Shown: positions 18,017-27,676 of the stretch, piece by piece
Position numbering within the stretch: position 1 is the stretch's first letter
Layout of the letters: each line of letters starts with the position of its first letter
Position numbers and translations under genes: made by a program
Origin: Burkholderiales bacterium
Lineage (GTDB): Bacteria > Pseudomonadota > Gammaproteobacteria > Burkholderiales > SG8-39
Direction: 5' to 3'
DNA: 64,000 bases
NCBI GenBank assembly: GCA_026417035.1
Contig: JAOAEA010000007.1
Location: 9,652 to 73,651 of the forward strand
The notes under the pieces: model-generated
The model's input: only the letters and a program-made list of their open reading frames with translations
Databases searched by the model: none
Told to the model about the DNA's origin: nothing

Positions 18017-19228
18017 TCAGGCTCCCGGCATCTTGCAGCGGTCGGCCGGCGGGTAGTCGAGCGCCTTCACGGCCACCCCCGAGGCGCGGTTCTCCTTGCC
18101 GACGACCTTGCGCAGGTACAGGTCCTGGATCGGGTTGTGCGCCTTCGACATCCGCCAGGTGCCGCGGGGGCTCTCGATCACCGCGCCTTCCATGGCCTTG
18201 ATGAGGGCCGGCTTGTCCACCGCGCCCTTGGTCTTCGCGAAGGCCTGGACGAGGAGGAGGCCGGTATCGTAGCCCTGCACCGCGTACACGTCGGGCTGCA
18301 TCTTGAAGGTCTTGGCGTACGCGAGCCGGAACGTTTTGTCCTTCGCGAGGTCGAGCGAGTCGGCGTAGTGCAGCGTCGTCTCGATGCCCTCGGCCGCGTC
18401 GCCCGCGGCGTCGAGCACGCCGTCGGTGAGGAAGCCCGCGCCGTAGAGCGGGATCTTGCCCTTCAGTCCCGCTGCCTGATAGTCCTTCAGGAACTTCACC
18501 GCGCCGCCGCCGGCGAAGAACGTATAGACGGCGTCGGGCTTCAGCGAGGCGATCTCGGTGAGGAGCGGCTGGAACTCGACGTTCGGGAACGGCAGCCACA
18601 GCTCCTTGGTCACCTTGCCGCCGCCCTTGGTGAACGCGTCCTTGAATCCGGCGACGCTCTCCTCGCCCGCGGCGTACTTCCAGGAGATCGTGACGACGTT
18701 CTTGATGCCGCGCTCGGCCATCACCTTGCCCATCGGGTACCCGACCTGGCCGTTGGCGAAGGAGGTGCGGAAGATGTTCGGCGCGCAGAGGGGCCCGGTC
18801 GCCGCGTCCGCCCCGGCATTCGGGATCAGCAGCAGGGCGTTGGTCTCGCGCGCCACGCGCACCATGGCGAGCGCGACGCCCGAGTGCACCGTGCCGACCA
18901 GCCCGTCCACCTTGTCGCGGGTGATCAGGCGGTTGGCGTTGTCGGTCGCCTTCGCCGGGTCGGATTCGTCGTCGAGCTTGACGAACTCCACCTCGCGGCC
19001 GCCGAGCTTCCCGCCCGCCTCGTCGATCGCGAGCCGGATGCCGTTCTCGATCGCGACGCCGAGCTGCGCGAACGTGCCCGAATAGGGCAGCATCAGCCCG
19101 ATGCGGATCTTGCCCGTCTGGCCGATGGCGGCGGCGGGCAGCAACGCGCCGAGCGCCGCCGCGCCGCCGAGCGCACCCCCCTGCTTGAGAAACGCGCGGC
19201 GGCCGCGCAGGTCCTTCTCCTCGGTCAT
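18017..19228 (-). CDS. Aromatic-acid ABC substrate-binding protein (Leu/Ile/Val-BP fold), Tat signal
   Basis: RRAFLK Tat motif; IGLMLPYSG, GTVHSGVA, NIFRTSF, YAVQGYD; adjacent to benzoate-CoA ligase. Confidence 0.9.
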   Translation of the reverse strand: MTEEKDLRGRRAFLKQGGALGGAAALGALLPAAAIGQTGKIRIGLMLPYSGTFAQLGVAIENGIRLAIDEAGGKLGGREVEFVKLDDESDPAKATDNANRLITRDKVDGLVGTVHSGVALAMVRVARETNALLLIPNAGADAATGPLCAPNIFRTSFANGQVGYPMGKVMAERGIKNVVTISWKYAAGEESVAGFKDAFTKGGGKVTKELWLPFPNVEFQPLLTEIASLKPDAVYTFFAGGGAVKFLKDYQAAGLKGKIPLYGAGFLTDGVLDAAGDAAEGIETTLHYADSLDLAKDKTFRLAYAKTFKMQPDVYAVQGYDTGLLLVQAFAKTKGAVDKPALIKAMEGAVIESPRGTWRMSKAHNPIQDLYLRKVVGKENRASGVAVKALDYPPADRCKMPGA

Positions 19229-19294
19229 TGCCTTCCTCCTCGTTGGTTGACTGCTCTCCGGGCGCGATTGTAGCCCCGCCGCGCGCGCCGGCGT

Positions 19295-20887
19295 CTACTT
19301 CTGGCCCGCGGCGCGGAGCTTGAACCGCTGGATCTTGCCGGTGGCGGTCTTCGGCAGCTCGCTCATGAACTCGATCCAGCGCGGGTACTTGTAGGGCGCG
19401 AGCCGGTCCTTCACGTGCTGCTGGAGCCGCGCCTTCAATTCGTCGCCCGGCACGATCCCCGGTTTCACCACCACGTAGGCCTTCGGCTTGACGAGCCCGT
19501 CGGTGTCGGCCGCGCCGACGACCGCCGCCTCCAGCACGTCCGGATGCGTCATCAGCGCCGCCTCGACCTCGAAGGGCGACACGTAGATCCCGCTCACCTT
19601 GAGCATGTCGTCGGAGCGCCCGCCGTAGACGTAGTAGCCGTCGGCGTCCACGCTGTACTTGTCGCCGGCCCGCGTCCACGGGCCCACGAAGGTCGCGAGC
19701 GAACGGGCGCGGTTGTTCCAGTACATGATCGCGCTCGAGGGACCGTTGATCTGCAGCTCGCCGATCTCGCCGGGCTTCGCGTCGTTGCCGCTCTCGTCGA
19801 CGAGCCGCACCTGGTAGCCCGGCACCGGCTTGCCGGTCGTGCCGTAGCGCACGTCGCCCGGGCGGTTCGAGAGGAAGATGTGCAGCATCTCCGTGGAGCC
19901 GATGCCGTCGAGGATCTCCACGCCGAAGTGCGCGGTCCAGCGGCGCCCGATGTCGGCGGGCAGCGCTTCGCCGGCGGAGGTGCACACGCGCATGCCCACC
20001 TCCTCGCGCCGCGGGAGGTCCGGGCTCGCGAGCATCGCCGCGTAGAGGGTCGGCACGCCGTAGAAGATCGTCGGCCGATGTTCCTTGAGCCGCTTCGCCA
20101 CGCTCGCCGGCGTCGGCCGCTCCGCCATCAGCACGGTGGTCGCGCCGACCGAGAGCGGGAACGTGAGCGCGTTGCCGAGCCCGTACGCGAAGAAGAGCTT
20201 CGCGGCCGAGAACACGACGTCCGATTCGCGGATGCCGAGGATCGGCTTCGCGTAGAGCTCCGCGGTGTAGACGAGGCTCGACTGGATGTGCACCGTGCCC
20301 TTGGGCGTGCCGGTCGAGCCCGACGAGTAGAGCCAGAAGCACACATCGTCGCAGGTGGTCGGCGCGGGCTCGCAGCGGGCCGGCGCGTCGGCCATGAGGT
20401 CGGCGAGTCGCCGATGGCCGTGGGGGTTCGCGCCCGACACGATCACGTGCTCGAGGAATGGCAGGTCCTCGAGGATCGGCGCGAACACCGGGAGCAGCGG
20501 CTCGGACACCACCAGCGCACGCGCCCGGCTGTCCTCGAGCATGAACTTGTAGTCGGCCGCCGTGAGCAGCGTGTTCGCCGCGATCGGGACGATCCCCGCC
20601 TTGATCGCGCCGAGGAACACGCTCGGGAAGTCGATGGTGTCGAGGAGCGCCACCATGATGCGGCTCTCCATCGCGAGCCCGAGCGAGGCGAGCGCGTTGG
20701 CGGCGCGGTTCACCCGCTCGGCGAGGTCCGCGTAGGTGTAGCGCCCGGCGTCGTCGATGTAGGCGACCTTGGCACCCCGGCCGGCCTTGAGGTTGCGTTC
20801 GATCAGGTCGTGCGCGGCGTTGTAGTCGCGCGGGATCCGGACGACGGGCGGACTCGCGCTGTGGTCCGCGGTGCTCAGTGACGCCAC
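19295..20887 (-). CDS. bclA: Benzoate-CoA ligase
   Basis: WLYSSGSTGTPKG, AKLFFAYGLGN, SAGEALP, DGIGSTEMLHIF, LPKTATGKIQR; box cluster context. Confidence 0.9.
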   Translation of the reverse strand: MASLSTADHSASPPVVRIPRDYNAAHDLIERNLKAGRGAKVAYIDDAGRYTYADLAERVNRAANALASLGLAMESRIMVALLDTIDFPSVFLGAIKAGIVPIAANTLLTAADYKFMLEDSRARALVVSEPLLPVFAPILEDLPFLEHVIVSGANPHGHRRLADLMADAPARCEPAPTTCDDVCFWLYSSGSTGTPKGTVHIQSSLVYTAELYAKPILGIRESDVVFSAAKLFFAYGLGNALTFPLSVGATTVLMAERPTPASVAKRLKEHRPTIFYGVPTLYAAMLASPDLPRREEVGMRVCTSAGEALPADIGRRWTAHFGVEILDGIGSTEMLHIFLSNRPGDVRYGTTGKPVPGYQVRLVDESGNDAKPGEIGELQINGPSSAIMYWNNRARSLATFVGPWTRAGDKYSVDADGYYVYGGRSDDMLKVSGIYVSPFEVEAALMTHPDVLEAAVVGAADTDGLVKPKAYVVVKPGIVPGDELKARLQQHVKDRLAPYKYPRWIEFMSELPKTATGKIQRFKLRAAGQK

Positions 20888-20951
20888 GCTCTCCTCCTCC
20901 TCCTTCTTCCTCCGCCGGCCCGCTCGGGCGCGGGCTCGCTCTTCGTCGTCT

Positions 20952-21419
20952 CTAGGTCTTGGTGAACTCGATGGCGCCGCCGGGCAGGAGGTAGAGCACC
21001 AGGGCCCGACCCTCGGTCACCGTCGGGTAGTGCGCCGTTCCCGGGCCGTAGACGAGCCAGCCGGCACCGCGCCCGTCGAACCGCGCCCCGGGCGACACGG
21101 GCATGATGAGGTCGATCTCCCCGTTCGGATGCCGGTGGTGCGGCCCCTTCACCGAGTCCATGTCCACCACGTCCACCGAGAGATCGCCGAGCGCTGCGCC
21201 CGGCTTCAGGACGCGGCCGTATCTTATGCCCCCGCCCTCGCGGCTGCACATCCATCCCGCGGCGATCGCGGCGTGGCACGCCTGCGTGACCGCCGCGAAC
21301 GTCGCGCTCGCCGGCCCGAATGCGTCGTTGAGATCGGCTTCGAGAGAGGCGTCGAGCGCGCGGCCGCGGATGCGCTCCGCGATCGGCGCGAGCAGCGCCT
21401 CGAATGCCTGCGGGGTCAT
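20952..21419 (-). CDS. DUF4863 family cupin-like protein (PnbB-like)
   Basis: GIRYGRV, SVDVVDM, GPHHRHPNGEIDL, GAGWLVY, LYLLPGGAIEF; GGAGG RBS. Confidence 0.8.
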   Translation of the reverse strand: MTPQAFEALLAPIAERIRGRALDASLEADLNDAFGPASATFAAVTQACHAAIAAGWMCSREGGGIRYGRVLKPGAALGDLSVDVVDMDSVKGPHHRHPNGEIDLIMPVSPGARFDGRGAGWLVYGPGTAHYPTVTEGRALVLYLLPGGAIEFTKT

Positions 21420-21710
21420 GCTTGCCTCCTCGTGCGTCCGCGGCTCACCCGGCGCACCCTCGGATCCTGCGCAAGGGGGGTCGATGCACGACGAGCACCC
21501 GGCCGCGGGTGACCGTCGGCCGGTGCGCCGGCCCAGCGGGCGGGGACAAACGAGCCGGCCGCAGGAGCACCCGTCGCGCGGCGCGCCTGCCCGCGCGAAT
21601 CGTCCATCGCTCGGCGCCCACGCCGGTCGCGTGAGCCCGGCCTCTCCCGAGACAGGACACCCGGCCCTTCCTCCGCTGGGGACTGAATCCCTCTTGCCCT
21701 TGGATGCTGA

Positions 21711-21754
21711 TGCATTATAATGCCGTCCATCCGAAGCGCAAGCACTATATTGCA
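21711..21754. promoter_or_regulatory. Putative BoxR operators overlapping divergent promoters
   Basis: TGCA-TTATAA-TGCC (21711-21724) and AGCA-CTATAT-TGCA (21741-21754), 30 bp apart; GCATTATAATGC palindrome carries TATAAT on both strands. Confidence 0.75.
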
Positions 21755-21767
21755 TTCCCCCACCAAC

Positions 21768-22664
21768 ATGGTTCCCGCCGAGGCTCGCGCCGCCAACAAG
21801 GCCGCGGATGCGGAAAGCCGCGAGGACGCGGCCTTCCTCCGCGCCCTGGGCGAGCGGGTCCGCCAGGCGCGGGCGCGCCGCGGCATGTCGCGGCGCATCC
21901 TCGCCGCCGATTCCGGGGTCTCCGAGCGCTATCTCGCGCAGCTCGAGGCCGGCCAGGGGAACGTCTCGGTGCTCCTCCTCGCGCGCGTCGCCGCGGCCCT
22001 CAGCCTGCCGGTCGCCGAGCTCGTCCGCGAGGACGAGCCGCGCTCGCTCGAGCTCGACCTCATCCAGAGCTTCCTCAAGCGCATCCCGACGCCGAAGCTC
22101 GCCGAGGTGCGGTCGCAGCTCGTGCGCGATTTCGGCGCGGCGCGCACGGACCGCATGCACCGCATCGCCCTCGTCGGGCTGCGCGGCGCCGGGAAATCGA
22201 CGCTCGGCGCGAGGCTCGCGCGCGAGCGCGGCGTGCCCTTCATCGAGCTCGACCGCGAGATCGAGCGCGAGGCCGGGACCAGCCTCTCGGAGATCTTTCT
22301 CCTCTACGGCCAGGCCGGCTACCGCCGCTACGAGCGCCGCGCGCTCGAGAAGGTGCTCGACGCGAACGAGCGCTGCGTGATCGCGACCGGCGGCAGCATC
22401 GTCTCCGAGCCGGGCACCTACGACCTGCTCCTCGCGACGTGCTTCACCGTCTGGCTCAAGGCGGCCCCCGAGGAGCACATGGCGCGCGTGGTCGCCCAAG
22501 GGGACATGCGGCCGATGGCCGGCAGCGAGGAAGCGATGGACGACCTGCGGCGCATCCTCGACAACCGGGCGATGCTCTACGCGCAGGCCGACGTGACGAT
22601 CGACACCGCCGGCAAGTCGGTCGAAGAGAGCCTTGCCGAGCTCAACGCGGCCGCGGCCCCCTGA
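21768..22664 (+). CDS. boxR: BzdR/BoxR-family regulator (XRE HTH + shikimate-kinase-like domain)
   Basis: SGVSERYLAQLEAGQGNVS HTH; GLRGAGKSTLG P-loop; EHMARVVAQGDMRPM. Confidence 0.92.
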   Translation: MVPAEARAANKAADAESREDAAFLRALGERVRQARARRGMSRRILAADSGVSERYLAQLEAGQGNVSVLLLARVAAALSLPVAELVREDEPRSLELDLIQSFLKRIPTPKLAEVRSQLVRDFGAARTDRMHRIALVGLRGAGKSTLGARLARERGVPFIELDREIEREAGTSLSEIFLLYGQAGYRRYERRALEKVLDANERCVIATGGSIVSEPGTYDLLLATCFTVWLKAAPEEHMARVVAQGDMRPMAGSEEAMDDLRRILDNRAMLYAQADVTIDTAGKSVEESLAELNAAAAP

Positions 22665-22694
22665 CCGCGCCCGCACACCCAGGAGGACACACCC

Positions 22695-24379
22695 ATGAGC
22701 GCCGTACTGAACGCGCCCCCACCGACCGATTCGCTCGTGACCTTCGACACGCACCCGGACCGCTACGCCCACTGGAAGCTCGCGTTCGACGGCGCGGTCT
22801 CCACGCTGGCGATGGCCGTGGACGAGGACCGGGGGATCCGCCCGGGTACGAGCTGAAGCTCAACTCCTACGACCTCGGCGTGGACATCGAGCTCAACGAC
22901 GCGCTGCAGCGCATCCGCTTCGAGCATCCGGAGGTGAAGGTCGTCGTGCTGACGAGCGCGCGCGAGCGGATGTTCTGCTCCGGCGCGAACATTTACATGC
23001 TGGGCCTGTCCTCGCACGCCTGGAAGGTCAACTTCTGCAAGTTCACCAACGAGACGCGCAACTCGATGGAGGACTCGAGCCGCGACGGCGGGCTGAAGTT
23101 CCTCGCGGCCGTGAACGGCACGATGGCCGGCGGCGGCTACGAACTCGCGCTCGCCTGCGACGAGATCCTGATGGTCGACGACCGCTCCTCGACGGTGAGC
23201 CTGCCCGAGGTGCCGCTCCTTGGCGTGCTCCCCGGGACCGGCGGACTGACGCGCGTCACCGACAAGCGGCACGTGCGCCGCGACCTCGCCGACGTGTTCT
23301 GCACGATGACGGAGGGCGTGCGCGCCGACCGCGCCAGGCAGTGGAAGCTCGTCGACCACGTGGCGAAGCCGCAGGTCTTCAGGGAAGCGGTGCAGGAACG
23401 CGCGGCGGCGCTCGCCGCGAAGAGCCAGCGGCCGGGTCCCGGGGCCGCGACGGGCGTCGCGCTCGCTCCGCTCGCGCGCACGATCGACGACGGCGGGTAC
23501 CACTACGGGCATGTGGACGTGGCGATCGACCGCAAGGCGCGCACCGCCACGATCACCGTCGGGGCGCCGCGCGAGCCGCAGCCGGCGGACCTCGCGGGGA
23601 TCCTCGCGGCGGGCGCCGCCTGGTGGCCGCTCGCGATGGCGCGCGAGCTCGACGACGCGATCCTGATGCTGCGCGCGAACGACCTCGACATCGGCACCTG
23701 GATCCTCAAGACGCGCGGCGACGCCGACGCCGTCCTCGCCGCGGACGCCGCGCTCCTCGCGTATCGCGACAACTGGTTCGTGAAGGAAGTGCTGGGCATG
23801 CTGCGGCGGACGCTCGCGCGGCTGGACACGTCCTCGCGCACGCTCTTCGCGCTGATCGACCGCGGCTCGGCCTTCGCCGGCAGCCTCCTCGAGCTCGCGC
23901 TCGCCGCCGACCGCAGCTACATGCTGCTGCTTCCCGACGACGCGGAAGCGCCGCGCGTGGTGCTCTCGGAGATCAACTTCGGGCCGCTGCCCATGGTGAA
24001 CCACGCCACGCGGCTCGCGACGCGTTTCTGCGGCGCGGCGCAGCCCGTCGAGGCGGCGCGTGCGGTGATCGGCGACCGGCTCGACGCCGCGGTCGCCGCC
24101 GAACTCGGCCTGGTCACCTTCACGCCCGACGACCTCGACTGGGACGACGAGGTGCGCATCGCCGTCGAGGAGCGCACGAGCCTCTCCCCCGACGCACTCA
24201 CCGGGATGGAGGCGAACCTGCGCTTCCCCGGCGCCGAGACCATGGAGACGCGCATCTTCGGCCGCCTGTCGGCGTGGCAGAACTGGATCTTCATCCGGCC
24301 GAACGCGGTCGGCGAGCAGGGGGCGCTCAAGGTCTTCGGGACCGGCGCCAAGGCGAAGTTCAACTGGGACCGGATCTGA
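22695..24379 (+). pseudogene. boxC: 2,3-epoxybenzoyl-CoA dihydrolase BoxC, split by a one-base frameshift at about 22841-22847 (real lesion or sequencing error)
   Basis: ATG 22695 frame gives MSAVLN...YAHWKLAFDG...EDRGIRPG then TGA at 22854; the -1 frame continues PGYELKLNSYDLGVDIEL...WQNWIF...FNWDRI. Confidence 0.88.
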
Positions 24380-24477
24380 CAGCGTGATGCGAAACGCCGT
24401 CCTGACAGCGACGAGGCCCCTGGCGGAGAGCCAGCCACGAGCGAACAGCGCGTTTTGCGTCACCGGCTTTGGGGATC

Positions 24478-24501
24478 GCAAAGGGGCTGTGGCCCCTTTG
24501 C
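24478..24501. repeat. REP-like perfect hairpin
   Basis: GCAAAGGGGC-TGTG-GCCCCTTTGC, 10-bp stem, between boxC and boxB. Confidence 0.7.
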
Positions 24502-24618
24502 ATCGACCTGCCAGACAGTCCCGACCGCGAGGGCGCGATCGCATGGCGGCCCGGGCCGCCGGCAAGGGCGCGGTCGCCTTCGTGTCTTCGTGGTGAGCAT
24601 TCCTTTCAGGAGACCGTG

Positions 24619-26046
24619 ATGAGCAGCATCGACTACAGCGAGCGCATTCCGAACAACGTCAACCTCTCGAGCAACAAGACGCTGCAGCGCGCGCTCGAGC
24701 ACTGGCAGCCCGCCTACCTCAAGTGGTGGCAGGAGATGGGCCCCGAGGGCTCGACGTCGATGGACGTCTATCTCCGCACCGCGATCAGCGTCGATCCGAA
24801 GGGCTGGGCGCACTTCGACTACGTGCGCATGCCCGACTACCGCTGGGGGATCTTCCTCGCCCCGCCCGAAGCCGGGCGCAAGGTCAACTTCGGCGCGCAC
24901 AAGGGCGAGCCCGCGTGGCAGGAGGTCCCGGGCGAGTACCGCTCGGTGCTGCGCCGGATCATCGTCACCCAGGGCGACACCGAGCCGGCGAGCGTCGAGC
25001 AGCAGCGCCACCTCGGGCTCACCTGCCCGTCCCTCTACGACCTGCGCAACATCTTCCAGGTGAACGTCGAGGAAGGCCGCCACCTGTGGGCCATGGTCTA
25101 CCTGCTGCACGCCTACTTCGGCCGCGACGGCCGGGAGGAAGGCGAGGCGCTCCTCGAGCGGCGCTCCGGCGACGCCGACAACCCGCGGATCCTCACCGCC
25201 TTCAACGAGAGGACCCCCGACTGGCTCTCGTTCTTCATGTTCACCTTCATCACCGACCGCGATGGCAAGTACCAGCTCGCCGCGCTCGCGGAGTCGGGCT
25301 TCGACCCGCTCTCGCGCACCTGCCGCTTCATGCTCACCGAGGAAGCGCACCACCTCTTCGTCGGCGAATCGGGCGTCGCCCGGATCATCCAGCGCACCTG
25401 CGACGTCATGGCCGCGCACAAGACCGACGACCCCGCGAAGCTGCGCGGCCTCGGCGTGATCGACCTGCCGACGATCCAGAAATACCTCAACTTCCACTTC
25501 TCGGTGACGAGCGACCTCTACGGCTCCGAGATCTCGTCGAACGCGGCCTCCTTCTACACGCAGGGGCTCAAGGGCCGCTTCGAGGAGACCAAGATCGGCG
25601 ACGACCACGTCCTGGACTCCGCCGAGTATCCGGTGATGGAGGTGGTCGGCGACCGGATCGCGGTGAAGCACGCGCCGGCGCTCAACGCGCTGAACGAGCG
25701 GCTGCGCGACGACTGGATCCGCGACGTCCAGTCGGGCGTCGACCGCTGGAACCGCATCCCGGAGAAAGCCGGCATCCCGTTCCGGTTCACGCTGCCGCAC
25801 AAGGGCTTCCACCGCAAGATCGGCGTCTTCGGCGAGCACCACGTGAGCCCGGACGGCCGCGTCGTGTCGGAGGCCGAGTGGACCCACCACGCGAGGGACT
25901 GGCTGCCGACCTCCACCGACCGCCAATACGTCCACTCGCTCATGGGCCGCGTCACGGAGCCGGGCAAGTTCGCCAACTGGATCGCCCCCCCGGCGCGCGG
26001 CATCAACAACCAGCCGGTGGACTTCGAGTACGTCAGGTTCAACTGA
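24619..26046 (+). CDS. boxB: Benzoyl-CoA 2,3-epoxidase subunit B (di-iron)
   Basis: IPNNVNL, QGDTEPASVEQQ, VEEGRHLWAM, LTEEAHH, FEYVRFN; AGGAG RBS. Confidence 0.95.
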   Translation: MSSIDYSERIPNNVNLSSNKTLQRALEHWQPAYLKWWQEMGPEGSTSMDVYLRTAISVDPKGWAHFDYVRMPDYRWGIFLAPPEAGRKVNFGAHKGEPAWQEVPGEYRSVLRRIIVTQGDTEPASVEQQRHLGLTCPSLYDLRNIFQVNVEEGRHLWAMVYLLHAYFGRDGREEGEALLERRSGDADNPRILTAFNERTPDWLSFFMFTFITDRDGKYQLAALAESGFDPLSRTCRFMLTEEAHHLFVGESGVARIIQRTCDVMAAHKTDDPAKLRGLGVIDLPTIQKYLNFHFSVTSDLYGSEISSNAASFYTQGLKGRFEETKIGDDHVLDSAEYPVMEVVGDRIAVKHAPALNALNERLRDDWIRDVQSGVDRWNRIPEKAGIPFRFTLPHKGFHRKIGVFGEHHVSPDGRVVSEAEWTHHARDWLPTSTDRQYVHSLMGRVTEPGKFANWIAPPARGINNQPVDFEYVRFN

Positions 26047-26189
26047 GGGTTCAGGATTCGGGACGCGGGATCGAGCCGTGAGGGTCGAGGATCGCGCTTT
26101 GCAAGCGGACTTCTCTGCCCGCTGCCGGATCGTCCACCCTCGATCCTGGGTCCGCGATCCCGGCTCCCCAGTCCCGCATCCTGCCTTCC
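26046..26189. repeat. Facing 7-bp tandem arrays between boxB and boxA
   Basis: AGGGTTC-AGGATTC-GGGACGC-GGGATCG-AGCCGTG-AGGGTCG-AGGATCG (26046-26094), then complementary-type units CGATCCT, CGATCCC, CAGTCCC, GCATCCT (26134-26189). Confidence 0.75.
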
Positions 26190-26300
26190 AGCCATGAACG
26201 CCACCGCGGAGCCCGTAGGGCAGCACCGCATCGACCCGATGCAGCCGAACCAGGGGGCACACCCCCTTGTCGATCCCCCATCCGCGCTCGAGGTGCTGCC

Positions 26301-27515
26301 GTGAACGCCGAACTCGTACGGCAGCACCTCATCGACCCGGAGATCTGCATCCGCTGCAACACCTGCCAGGAGACCTGCCCGATCGACGCGATCGAGCACG
26401 ACGCCCGCAACTACGTCGTGAAGTTCGACGTCTGCGACGGATGCAACGAGTGCATCCCGCCCTGCCCGACCGGCGCGATCGACAGCTGGCGCAAGGTCAC
26501 GAAGTCGAAGCCCTACACGCTCGCCGAGCAGTACGCGTGGGATTCGCTGCCCGCGGAGACCGAGCCCGACGTGGGGGCGCCGGGCGACGTCCCCGAAGAG
26601 GTCGTGCGCATCACCGCGGAGGCGACCGCCGGCACCGGCGGTCCGCTCGCGCCGCCCTGGTCCGCCGCCCATCCCTACGTCAACCTCTACTCGCTCGCCC
26701 GGCCGGCGGTCGCCACCGTCAGCGGCAACTACCGGCTCACCGCCGAGGACGCGTCGAGCGACATCCGCCACATCGTCCTCGACTTCGGCAACTCGGCGTT
26801 CCCCGTGCTCGAGGGCCAGTCGATCGGCGTGATACCGCCCGGGGTCGACGCGAACGGCAAGCCGCACCACGTGCGTCTGTACTCGGTCGCGAGCCCGCGC
26901 AACGGCGAGCGGCCCGGCTACAACAACCTCGCGCTCACCGTGAAGCGCGTCGTCGAGGACCACGAAGGCAAGGCGGCCCGCGGCGTCTGCTCGAACTACC
27001 TTTGCGACCTGCGGAAGGGCGACCAGGTAAAGGTCGTCGGGCCCTATGGCACGAGCTTCCTGATGCCCAACCACCCGGGCTCGTCGCTGATGATGATCTG
27101 CACCGGCACCGGTTCGGCGCCGATGCGGGCGATGACCGAGCGGCGGCGCCGGCGCATGGCGCTCAAGGAAGGTGGCGAGCTCATGCTCTTCTTCGGCGCG
27201 CGCGCGCCCGGGGAGCTGCCCTACTTCGGGCCACTCATGAAGCTGCCCAAGGACTTCATCGACATCAACTTCGCCTTCTCGCGCGTGCCGGGCGAGCCCA
27301 AGCGCTACGTGCAGGACCGGATCCGCGAGCGCGGCGAGAAGGTCGCGCGGATGCTCGCCGACCCGAACTGCTACATCTACGTCTGCGGCCTGAAGGGCAT
27401 GGAGGCCGGCGTCAACGAGGCGTTCGCCGATGTCTGCCGCGCGCACGGACTGGACTGGAGCGCCGTGCTCGCCGGCCTTAAAGCGCAGGCGCGCTTCCAC
27501 GTCGAAACCTACTGA
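26301..27515 (+). CDS. boxA: Benzoyl-CoA 2,3-epoxidase reductase subunit A (2x[4Fe-4S] + FNR domain)
   Basis: [62 protein letters not shown]. Confidence 0.95.
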   Translation: MNAELVRQHLIDPEICIRCNTCQETCPIDAIEHDARNYVVKFDVCDGCNECIPPCPTGAIDSWRKVTKSKPYTLAEQYAWDSLPAETEPDVGAPGDVPEEVVRITAEATAGTGGPLAPPWSAAHPYVNLYSLARPAVATVSGNYRLTAEDASSDIRHIVLDFGNSAFPVLEGQSIGVIPPGVDANGKPHHVRLYSVASPRNGERPGYNNLALTVKRVVEDHEGKAARGVCSNYLCDLRKGDQVKVVGPYGTSFLMPNHPGSSLMMICTGTGSAPMRAMTERRRRRMALKEGGELMLFFGARAPGELPYFGPLMKLPKDFIDINFAFSRVPGEPKRYVQDRIRERGEKVARMLADPNCYIYVCGLKGMEAGVNEAFADVCRAHGLDWSAVLAGLKAQARFHVETY

Positions 27516-27676
27516 CCCGGGGGCCGCGGCCCAAGCCGGGCGAGGCCGGGCGGCGCCTGCGAAACCGGTCACGCCCGGACGTCATCGCCGAGGCCGCCTC
27601 TTGCGTTATTTCACCGCGAGCCCGGCACCGATCCGGGAAGATCGCCGGACCCCGGCACACGTCGAAACCGATTCCA

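Noticed and set aside
16059-20342. 1427-aa ORF
   Set aside because: Only the last 318 aa are the LivM-like permease; the rest is an off-frame read of livH, SBP and ligase in high-GC DNA
21704-24379. 867-891-aa-scale BoxR-BoxC fusion ORF (891 aa in the track)
   Set aside because: The upstream part is off-frame over boxR; the true boxC start is at 22695 with a frameshift
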